Origin: a virus
Taxonomy: Duplodnaviria; Caudoviricetes
DNA length: 24,281 nucleotides
IMG/VR virus record: IMGVR_UViG_3300020204_000364
Coordinates: 1-24,281 of that record
Strand: one strand, 5' to 3'
In this document: piece after piece, positions 1 to 6,817 of the stretch
Numbering within the stretch: the stretch's first letter is position 1
How the letters are laid out: every line of letters starts with the position of its first letter
Notes under the pieces: model-generated
Databases searched by the model: none
What the model was told of the DNA's origin: nothing
Seen by the model: the letters and a program-made list of their open reading frames with translations, nothing else
Position numbers and translations under genes: made by a program

Positions 1-839
1 TTAGGATCTCTAAATTTTGTTTTACCCGATTTGTCCGTCTCTGCAATAGGTGCAGAACCAGCACCTGGAGGCTTGGCAGGACCGGTGCCGCCACCTGGAG
101 GCTTGGCAGGACCGCCACCGCCTGGAGGCTTGGCAGGACCGGTGCCGCCACCTGGAGGCTTGGCAGGACCGCCACCGCCTGGCGGTCTTCCGCCTGGCGG
201 TCTTAATCTTGGTGTTCTATCCAACATATTAGCTAAAACCATCGCTGCTAAAGCTGCACCTATTGCAAGTATAATATTAGAATATTCTTTTAATTTGTCG
301 AAAAATTCTTTGACTGTATCAAAAACTGCACCAATACTATTAAATGTTTCTCTCAATTTTTCAATATCAATATTCGCTAATACGGCGGTAAGACTTGCAA
401 AAAGTCCTGTAAATAATACACCGAGCGGGCCCATTCCTGTAGCTCGTCTGATACCAGATGATACTCTGGTTAAAGCACCGCGCACTAATTCTCGTTTACG
501 CTCTCGCCTTTCTTCAGCAGCCCTTTGTTCATCGTTTCTTAGAGATTCGGTATCTTTTTGTTCACCTGCCATTGTTTTCTGCATTTCTACCAAAGCTTCT
601 CTGGTAAAAGATGCGACTTTGCTTATATAAAGATATATTTCTGATCTAAATGAATTGAATGATTCTTGGGTTACATAACCTGAAGATGCTCGGCCGTCGG
701 CTCTAGCTGGACTACCTGCTACAACCCCTCTGGTGCTAACCATTCGATAGTTTTGTTCCATATCATGAAAGCGATTGGTTCTTTCATTATATGTTATCGA
801 GGGGCCCATCTGCTGGGCAACATCTGCTAGACTGGGCAT
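1..839 (-). CDS. Tape-measure/baseplate-hub-like membrane-helix protein, 5' part only (runs off the left edge; absent from the ORF track)
   Basis: Translated by hand. The ATG at 839-837 overlaps the upstream TAA (TAATG). The frame is open for 279 codons to the window edge: MPSLADVAQQMGPSITYNERTNRFHD...QRAAEERRERKRELVRGAL...GPLGVLFTGLFASLTAVLANID...IILAIGAALAAMVLANML...RPPGG/PAKPPGGG repeats...KTKFRDP. It has a charged coiled-coil, two hydrophobic helices and a Pro/Gly linker, and lies downstream of gp26/gp51. Confidence 0.7.
   Translation of the reverse strand, partial: MPSLADVAQQMGPSITYNERTNRFHDMEQNYRMVSTRGVVAGSPARADGRASSGYVTQESFNSFRSEIYLYISKVASFTREALVEMQKTMAGEQKDTESLRNDEQRAAEERRERKRELVRGALTRVSSGIRRATGMGPLGVLFTGLFASLTAVLANIDIEKLRETFNSIGAVFDTVKEFFDKLKEYSNIILAIGAALAAMVLANMLDRTPRLRPPGGRPPGGGGPAKPPGGGTGPAKPPGGGGPAKPPGGGTGPAKPPGAGSAPIAETDKSGKTKFRDP
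64..204. repeat. GC-rich coding tandem repeat: 57-bp unit x2 (each a 30-bp plus a 27-bp subunit), then 15-bp unit x2
   Basis: 64-120 is identical to 121-177, and the subunits share cctggaggcttggcaggacc. ccgcctggcggtctt occurs at 175-189 and 190-204. All units are multiples of 3 and encode RPPGG-RPPGG-GGPAKPPGGGTGPAKPPGG... on the minus strand. Confidence 0.95.
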
Positions 840-2281
840 TATGCTTCTACCCTTTCGCGGATGATTATAGGTTGAACTTGTGTTATTGTCTCAGTTGCAC
901 CCATTCCTGATGTGGGCATTGATGCAACGGCCTCAGGTGAAGTTATTGGCGCCGATTGATCTGGCGCTGGTTGACCTGGCACTGGTTGACCTGGCGCTGC
1001 TGTTGTTGGCGCTGCTGCTGCTGGTGCTGCTGCCACCATTGTTGGTGGTCTTTGTTGACCAGGAGCAAATGCAACTTGTGATCTAGCTTGTGTTGGTGAT
1101 GGTTGCGGCGTAGCACCAGCAGTTTGTGTTGCCGCACCCAATCTATAATAAGATGCACCTGATGTACCATATGCATCTGCACCATCTCTACCCTGAGCGA
1201 GATTTCTTGCCCCACCGGGACCAAGTAAGTGTGCAGCAGCTAGAAAACCCGCAATTTGCTCATTTGAACTTTCAGCATTAATCACACCTAAGCGATTTAA
1301 AGCACGAAAATTCTGATTAGTATATCTAACCATTGTATCTTCTTGTAATTGTGGATTATTTAAGAAAGCTTGCTTTCCACCTTCAATCGTCCAATTTGAT
1401 GGATTATCTAATTGTCTATTAGATGTAACTCCTCGTCTAACAAGACCCATATCTATTAGTGCCATATAACCAAATTGATATTTTCCAAGAAATCCTATAG
1501 TATTAACTGCTTGATAATTTGAATTACTTTCTCTTTGTCCAATTCGTTGAGCATATGCCGCATAATCTATTGGTAAGCTTGAATTTGAAGGTATAGGTGC
1601 TCCGCCGGCCGGTGCGCCTTCAGGTATTCTTTGCGATGAACCCGGTGGTGCACTAGGTGCTTGCCCAGGTACACCAGTTGGTTCTGGTTCATCACCTCGA
1701 CCAAAAATATAGGCAGCAATTCCTGCGGCCGCAGTTGCACCAGCAGCCAGTAATCTAAGTCTAGGATTACGCATTATACTTGCTATACCTGCTAGTAATC
1801 CCCGTACAGCACTAGTTATTACTCTCATACCAGTTCTCAATACCGATGCAACAATTCTACCAATCATTGATGTCAAAAAAGTTAGAATTGTTTTTATGGC
1901 AGAAAATATTTTCTTCAAAACTAGTGATATTGCACGTAATATACCATCAAGAATTGAAGTGTTCTCTCTTTCTTCTGGTGCTTGTTCAGGCATATCACGA
2001 ATTGGCATACCTTGTTCTCTGCGATCTTCATCAGCCGAGCGGCGTACCCGAATTAATAATTCTCTCTGTTTATTTTTTTCATTGTTTATACCACGAAGCG
2101 AGTTTATCATGCTTCTAAATGTACTAGTTACCTGAGCCACTGGTGAAGTCATACCAGATGATCGAGTCATGCTACCAGATTGCGGGGGCGTCATTATGGA
2201 AGTTACAACACTTGCGACAGCATTTACCGCTCGGTTATCCCGAGATAGGTATCTTTCTGTAGCTTCCATTAGTGATGCCAT
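839..2281 (-). CDS. Tail/tape-measure-like protein with a lysozyme-like (lytic transglycosylase/muramidase) domain
   Basis: 480 aa. N-terminal coiled-coil, then long amphipathic/hydrophobic helices (ILDGILRAISLVLKKIFSAIKTIL...LLAAGATAAAGIAAYIFG) and a Pro/Gly linker. The lysozyme-superfamily motifs are RES (putative catalytic Glu)...YQAVNTIGFLGKYQF...FLNNPQLQE...LAAAHLLGPGGA. The tail is Ala/Pro/Gln-rich. Confidence 0.7.
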   Translation of the reverse strand: MASLMEATERYLSRDNRAVNAVASVVTSIMTPPQSGSMTRSSGMTSPVAQVTSTFRSMINSLRGINNEKNKQRELLIRVRRSADEDRREQGMPIRDMPEQAPEERENTSILDGILRAISLVLKKIFSAIKTILTFLTSMIGRIVASVLRTGMRVITSAVRGLLAGIASIMRNPRLRLLAAGATAAAGIAAYIFGRGDEPEPTGVPGQAPSAPPGSSQRIPEGAPAGGAPIPSNSSLPIDYAAYAQRIGQRESNSNYQAVNTIGFLGKYQFGYMALIDMGLVRRGVTSNRQLDNPSNWTIEGGKQAFLNNPQLQEDTMVRYTNQNFRALNRLGVINAESSNEQIAGFLAAAHLLGPGGARNLAQGRDGADAYGTSGASYYRLGAATQTAGATPQPSPTQARSQVAFAPGQQRPPTMVAAAPAAAAPTTAAPGQPVPGQPAPDQSAPITSPEAVASMPTSGMGATETITQVQPIIIRERVEA

Positions 2282-2457
2282 TAATTTTCTCTTTTAGCCT
2301 TTTCTTTTTCGATATAGTCTATCAACATCTTAACATATAAGTCCCTCTCCCAAGGTATCATATTTTCTATCTCAGTCAGACTATACTTGTGGTGCTGCAT
2401 GAGAGAAAAATTCAATGAATAATAATTACCCAGTGTATTATGAGAGAGGGCTATCAA
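2281..2457 (-). CDS. gp51: gp51-like short baseplate hub assembly frame (58 aa from TTG 2457, or 39 aa from ATG 2400); probably the C-terminal extension of gp26 via a -1 frameshift
   Basis: Absent from the ORF track. It translates as LIALSHNTLGNYYSLNFSLMQHHKYSLTEIENMIPWERDLYVKMLIDYIEKEKAKREN*. MQHHKYSLTEIENMIPWER is the signature of the short gp51 annotated after gp26 in cyanophage-like T4 phages. Its TAA overlaps the next ATG. Confidence 0.85.
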   Translation of the reverse strand: MIALSHNTLGNYYSLNFSLMQHHKYSLTEIENMIPWERDLYVKMLIDYIEKEKAKREN

Positions 2458-3170
2458 AAAAAATCAGCGAGTCCTTTTAATGTGATGGTATCTTCTTGGC
2501 CGCAGCCGGCGCACTTATATGTGACTGTATGTTGTAGCTTTGGCATGGTCTCAAAAAATTTCATAATTTCTATAAATTGCTTATTGCTAAGAGACCCAAT
2601 GAAGTTTTTAATTTCTTCTTCATTCTCAGGTTCATAAACTTCTTCATCATCATAAACACATTCAATGCATTTTGATATCATATCAATTTCATCTGACTTT
2701 TCAGATGACAATGTGGCCTTAATATCCGCAAGAGTTGGATATTTCATCTTTAGAATAAGCTTGTCGGTTAGCGGCACAGTCATTCTATGATTAGGATCGA
2801 ATTCAACCTGAATAGCATCAAGATCAATCTCAACCTTTGTCACGGCATCACAAGCTTCACCCTTGTAGTTGACACCATCAACATGTCTGTAGCTTAGTGT
2901 AACCTTTTCGCCTGCCGATTTGGCACGAATTTGAAGAAACAGATATTCAACATCAAATGATGGAATCTTTGTGATATCAAATCCTTCTGTCAATATGCAG
3001 CTTGAAATGACATCAAACATTGCACGTTGCATATGATCAGAATCTTTAGATTCCATTGCAATCAGAAGTGTCTTTTCTTCCTTAACCACAAATGGTCGGA
3101 AGACAATTTCTCTTTTATCAGATGGCAAAATCACCGAAAAGGTAGGTACAGCAATCTTAGGTAAAGGCAT
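2454..3170 (-). CDS. gp26: T4-like baseplate hub assembly protein, gp26 family (T4_baseplate-type)
   Basis: 238 aa, with MPLPKIAVPTFSVILPS...FRPFVVKEEKTLLIAMES, FDVEYLFLQIRAKSAGE, MKYPTL, FFETMPKL, a C-terminal CxxC and a GLADFF end. SD GAGGAG lies upstream. Confidence 0.9.
   Translation of the reverse strand: MPLPKIAVPTFSVILPSDKREIVFRPFVVKEEKTLLIAMESKDSDHMQRAMFDVISSCILTEGFDITKIPSFDVEYLFLQIRAKSAGEKVTLSYRHVDGVNYKGEACDAVTKVEIDLDAIQVEFDPNHRMTVPLTDKLILKMKYPTLADIKATLSSEKSDEIDMISKCIECVYDDEEVYEPENEEEIKNFIGSLSNKQFIEIMKFFETMPKLQHTVTYKCAGCGQEDTITLKGLADFF
2457..2463 (-). other. Putative -1 frameshift slippery heptamer U UUU UUU
   Basis: The minus strand reads GCT GAT TTT TTT TGA (8 T, 2463-2456). The heptamer is in X XXY YYZ phase immediately before the gp26 stop, and the -1 frame is the gp51-like frame. 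Confidence 0.7.
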
Positions 3171-3185
3171 AATTAACTCCTCACG

Positions 3186-4097
3186 TTAAAATAGGGCGCC
3201 CCGTTGCGCCGTCGCACTGTTTCTGAATATTACTCCAGTTTGCTGGGTAAGGCCACGAATTCCACCACCCAGACCCTGTCTAGCAAATAGGGATACAAGT
3301 GGCGAAAATCTATCAAGAGCATTGACCGCACCGCGAAGCAGAGATTCAAGACCATATAGATTCTCAAATGGCAGCGCATCAGGATGTTTTTCTGTCGAGA
3401 TAAAGTAACGCATTTGCACAGTCATCTTAGCGGCACCATCGGCCGACCAGTCAAGATCAACATCATTGATCGCTATCGGATATGCTTCTTCTAATCTGAT
3501 TTTGTATTGCGGAAAAATCACTCTATCATTTCTTGATTCAAATTCATTTCGATTAAGTGGATTGAATGCATCAATAACATCATTGATTAGTGATTGAGTA
3601 TCACCCCTAATGAATGATGATGCGATACTTATCGCAGATGGATTTTGAAATTTAGGTGATTCAGCAAATTGCATGATTTCCACACCACCAATCATCTCAT
3701 CATAATAGGTGGAATCAAACCCACCTTGCTTTGGTGCCTTACCACCACCACGCCTATAGCTTGCAAGGCCACCAGCAGACACAGCCATATCCTGCCATGC
3801 CATAAAAATCTCACGCTCAATCATATTTTCGCTGAGTAATACCTGCAATGTCATTGGCTGATAGCTAAAGGCATACGGAATCATTCTTTCCGGGCCATGA
3901 TATCTTTGCACAATGGTATCTAAGCTACGTGCGGGTAGTGATGCTCGCTCAATTCTAAGCGGAAGAAATGATGTATTGAAAAATCCACCCAGTCTTGACG
4001 GTAGAGATATCATCACCGAGAAGTAATTTGGTTTACCAATACCTCTCTTATTAACTTCGGCGGTAAATTCATTAATATTAAATCTACGGTTTGCCAT
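3186..4097 (-). CDS. gp54: Baseplate tail-tube initiator, gp54-like (gp19 tail-tube fold)
   Basis: 303 aa, with N-terminal FNINEF...GIGKPNYFSV, ASLPARSL, EREIFMAWQD and the tube-fold motif LEEAYPIAINDVDLDWS...MTVQMRY. Its position between gp2 and gp26 fits. Confidence 0.7.
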   Translation of the reverse strand: MANRRFNINEFTAEVNKRGIGKPNYFSVMISLPSRLGGFFNTSFLPLRIERASLPARSLDTIVQRYHGPERMIPYAFSYQPMTLQVLLSENMIEREIFMAWQDMAVSAGGLASYRRGGGKAPKQGGFDSTYYDEMIGGVEIMQFAESPKFQNPSAISIASSFIRGDTQSLINDVIDAFNPLNRNEFESRNDRVIFPQYKIRLEEAYPIAINDVDLDWSADGAAKMTVQMRYFISTEKHPDALPFENLYGLESLLRGAVNALDRFSPLVSLFARQGLGGGIRGLTQQTGVIFRNSATAQRGALF

Positions 4098-4720
4098 TAT
4101 TGCACCTTTGAATAGGCATCGCGATGGACAGATGATACACTCGCGCCTGCAAATCTTTCAAGCGGCATGAATAGTGCTATATCCCACGATTTTGGATCTA
4201 TACGAAAATATCTTGTTCGAACATGCGAAAAGAGATATTGTTTGATACACGGCTTATAAAAGCGATACCGTGAAACTGAGCTTAATAGTTTATATGATAT
4301 TTGTAGGTGTGTTCGCTCATCATATTTTTCATCACTAATTACCGTATATAATGCATCCATCAATCTTGCTCGTAATCGAAGCGGTAGATAATGCATATTT
4401 AAACCCATAAACCCCTGCGAGGCCGATGAGCCTCCAGCGCGGCCGCCAGTGCGTGTGCTATCAAACGGAAAGACAAGAGGATATCTATCATAATATGGAA
4501 GTTTTTCTTTTGTCTTTGGGTCATATGCAAACAAATATAGCTGACCAATCATCGGCACAGATACCATTGCACTACGATCTTGCATCATAAGTGCATTTGG
4601 GCTCATAGCAATTTTGCTGGCTTGAGCACGAAACCAATTTCTTGATTCTACCGTGCGATTAGGCAGCTGTCCTTGCTTTTCTCCCTGTGTCAATAGATTG
4701 TCAAAGACGTAGTTTACCAT
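4097..4720 (-). CDS. gp2: DNA end protector protein
   Basis: 207 aa, with SRNWFR, GQLYLFAYDPKTKEKLPYYDRYPLVFP, GFMGLNMHYLPLRLRARLMDAL, PCIKQYLFSHV and WDIALFMPLERF. Confidence 0.93.
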   Translation of the reverse strand: MVNYVFDNLLTQGEKQGQLPNRTVESRNWFRAQASKIAMSPNALMMQDRSAMVSVPMIGQLYLFAYDPKTKEKLPYYDRYPLVFPFDSTRTGGRAGGSSASQGFMGLNMHYLPLRLRARLMDALYTVISDEKYDERTHLQISYKLLSSVSRYRFYKPCIKQYLFSHVRTRYFRIDPKSWDIALFMPLERFAGASVSSVHRDAYSKVQ

Positions 4721-5166
4721 TATTTGAGCTTAAGCTCCCTTTCCGTGATAATAACAAATTCCCACCCACGGTCTTTACAAAATTCTCGGGCAGCTTTCCA
4801 CTTTGCGCTATTTATCCCATATATGGCAACCTCAGTAATATATTTACGAGTGGGTTTTTTGCCTGTTTGATGTGGCGCCGGGGCCATTGTTTGAGCAAAT
4901 GGTTTTATTTCAATTATCTTAATCAAAATTTTACCATCACGATCTTTCATCTTGACTACAAAATCGGGGAAATACCTATGCCACCTACCGTCAATCGGTG
5001 AAATGTAAGGTATTTTTATTTCTTCAGAGGCCCATTCTAATACACTATCATTGGTATCAAATTCTACCATGACACGACGTTCCCATAGCGACCTATAAAC
5101 TATATTTGTAGGATCACCTCTATATTTTTCAGGTCTTTTAGGTTGATACCGACCTTTGTATGCCAT
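4720..5166 (-). CDS. gp4: Head completion nuclease (TnsA-like PD-(D/E)xK fold)
   Basis: 148 aa from ATG 5166: MAYKGRYQPKRPEKYRGDPTNIVYRSLWER, WASEEIKIPYISPIDGRWHRYFPDF, IEIKP, NSAKWKAAREFC...FVIITEREL. The ORF-track start at 5259 overlaps gp48 and is over-extended. Confidence 0.93.
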   Translation of the reverse strand: MAYKGRYQPKRPEKYRGDPTNIVYRSLWERRVMVEFDTNDSVLEWASEEIKIPYISPIDGRWHRYFPDFVVKMKDRDGKILIKIIEIKPFAQTMAPAPHQTGKKPTRKYITEVAIYGINSAKWKAAREFCKDRGWEFVIITERELKLK

Positions 5167-5171
5167 GTTCT

Positions 5172-5179
5172 TATGTATG
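5172..5179 (-). promoter_or_regulatory. Possible variant late promoter CATACATA for the leftward operon
   Basis: The minus strand reads CATACATA-AGAAC-ATG, a 6/8 match to TATAAATA. It is the best-placed candidate in the 48-bp divergent intergenic region on this strand. Confidence 0.45.
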
Positions 5180-5180
5180 G

Positions 5181-5188
5181 TATAAATA
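5181..5188 (+). promoter_or_regulatory. T4-type late promoter (gp55 sigma) TATAAATA
   Basis: Perfect consensus, intergenic, 26 nt before the gp48 ATG. SD-like TAAGGA at 5205-5210. Confidence 0.9.
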
Positions 5189-5214
5189 AAAGTGTTTAAA
5201 ATGGTAAGGACGCC

Positions 5215-6243
5215 ATGTCGCAATTTACAAACGAAGAAATAAACAACGTTCAAAATCAAATTGGTCCGAATGCTGCTGCTCTGCTGCGTCGAGCTAATCG
5301 TATTTCAGGTGCAAATAGTTTATATTTTCCTGAAAATTATCAGACAATTTATCATTATGTGACATTTACTGCTTTAAAATTTGAAAGTGTGACTAGAACA
5401 TCAACAATAAACTCTGATGAACCTTTAGTATCAAATCGTCAGGGTCGGGCAAAAAGAAAATTGATGAGTATAACACTACCTATGCCTGATCAATTAAATA
5501 CTTCATATAATGCATCATATGCGGATGAATCTATTAGCAATATAGGTGAAGTCGCATCAACAGGTGCTGCTAATATTAATACTGAACAGGCAAATGAAAA
5601 TTTTCGAAATGGTAGATATGTAGAAGGTGCTCAAGCACTAGCTCAGCAAATAGGTGGTGGGGCTGCAGGAGGCGCCATTGTAGGTGGTTTATTAGATAGA
5701 CTTCCTACTTCTGCAACGACAGGTATCGGTAATGTTTTTGGTTTTACCCGCAATCCTCAAAAAGTATTACAATTTAATGGTGTTAATTTTAGAGAACATC
5801 AATTTAGTTTTAAATTAACACCGAAAAATATTCGCGAAGCAACTGCTATTCAAAAAATCATAACTGCATTTAAACGTCATATGCTACCCAAATATGGTGT
5901 TGGTGGTGGAATAGACGCACTTAGAACAGCGGTCTCATCTTTACCTGGTGTAACAGCAAACGGCGCTCAAGAAATTACCAATCAAGCTGCTGCAACATCG
6001 AGAGCATTTTTTGAATATCCTGACGTATTTGAGATTGTATTTAATAATAAAAAGGTATTGTTTAGTATAGGCGAATCTGTAATTACAGGATTTACGGTTG
6101 ATTATCATCCGCAGAATTATCCTGCATATGTACGATCTCTTTCTAGTCCAAGTGTAGCACATCCGGCATCAATAACGATATCGATGACATTTAAAGAAAC
6201 CGATATTGTTACTAAAGAACAGGTAGACGAGAATTTTAGATGA
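5215..6243 (+). CDS. gp48: Baseplate tail-tube cap
   Basis: 342 aa, with LYFPEN, ITLPMPDQLNTSYNASY, NPQKVLQFNGVNFREHQFSFKLTPKN.REA..IQKII..FK.HMLP, FFEYPDVFEI, VITGFTVDY.P and ISMTFKET. Confidence 0.88.
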   Translation: MSQFTNEEINNVQNQIGPNAAALLRRANRISGANSLYFPENYQTIYHYVTFTALKFESVTRTSTINSDEPLVSNRQGRAKRKLMSITLPMPDQLNTSYNASYADESISNIGEVASTGAANINTEQANENFRNGRYVEGAQALAQQIGGGAAGGAIVGGLLDRLPTSATTGIGNVFGFTRNPQKVLQFNGVNFREHQFSFKLTPKNIREATAIQKIITAFKRHMLPKYGVGGGIDALRTAVSSLPGVTANGAQEITNQAAATSRAFFEYPDVFEIVFNNKKVLFSIGESVITGFTVDYHPQNYPAYVRSLSSPSVAHPASITISMTFKETDIVTKEQVDENFR

Positions 6244-6815
6244 CACAATATTTCTCTAATTTTCCAACTCTACAGTATAAACTACCAGAAATGCAAAACT
6301 CTCTTTTGGCAACTGACGTCACCAAAAGATTTGTATTACGCGATTTCTATCGTAACTCACTAATCGATTTTTATCGTTATGATATTATTGAAGGACAACG
6401 ACCAGACAATGTTGCTTATGAATTTTATGGCGAATCCAATTTAGATTGGCTAATACTTTTACCAAATGAAATATTAGATCCTTATTATGAGTGGCCGCGC
6501 GGACAAAATGAATTAAATGAATTTATCAGAAAGAAATATGGTAGCATTTCAACTGCAATGGCTACAGCACATCATTATGAGCAAATTATACAAAGTAAAT
6601 CATCAGTTCGTTTACCTGATGGTGAAACTCTAGATATACCAGAAAGAACATTGATTGTCGACCAAACAACATATACTTCTCTTTCACCATCGGACCGTAA
6701 ACTTGTTACAAATTATGATTTTGAAATATCAAGAAATGACAAAAATAGAACGATCGATGTAATCAAACCAATTTATATTCCATCAATACTCGAAGCATTT
6801 AGATCGCTGTACTGA
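6240..6815 (+). CDS. gp53: Baseplate wedge subunit (LysM-like)
   Basis: 191 aa, with YFSNFPTLQY, YDIIEGQRPDNVAYEFYG...DWLILLPNEILDPYYEWP, KKYGS, HHYE and NDKNRTI. ATGA overlap with gp48. Confidence 0.92.
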   Translation: MTQYFSNFPTLQYKLPEMQNSLLATDVTKRFVLRDFYRNSLIDFYRYDIIEGQRPDNVAYEFYGESNLDWLILLPNEILDPYYEWPRGQNELNEFIRKKYGSISTAMATAHHYEQIIQSKSSVRLPDGETLDIPERTLIVDQTTYTSLSPSDRKLVTNYDFEISRNDKNRTIDVIKPIYIPSILEAFRSLY

Positions 6816-6817
6816 TA

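Noticed and set aside
64-204. Possible CRISPR array (20-bp core repeated four times)
   Set aside because: The intervening sequences are only 7-10 bp and themselves repeat. Units are in-frame within a CDS, and no cas genes are present.
31-630. Plus-strand ORFs of 199 aa and 60 aa
   Set aside because: Antisense shadows of the real minus-strand gene starting at 839, which is TAATG-coupled to its operon. They are kept open partly by the GC-rich repeat.
5167-5259. N-terminal extension of gp4 in the ORF track
   Set aside because: It overlaps the gp48 start and the promoter region. Family similarity begins at MAYKG (5166).
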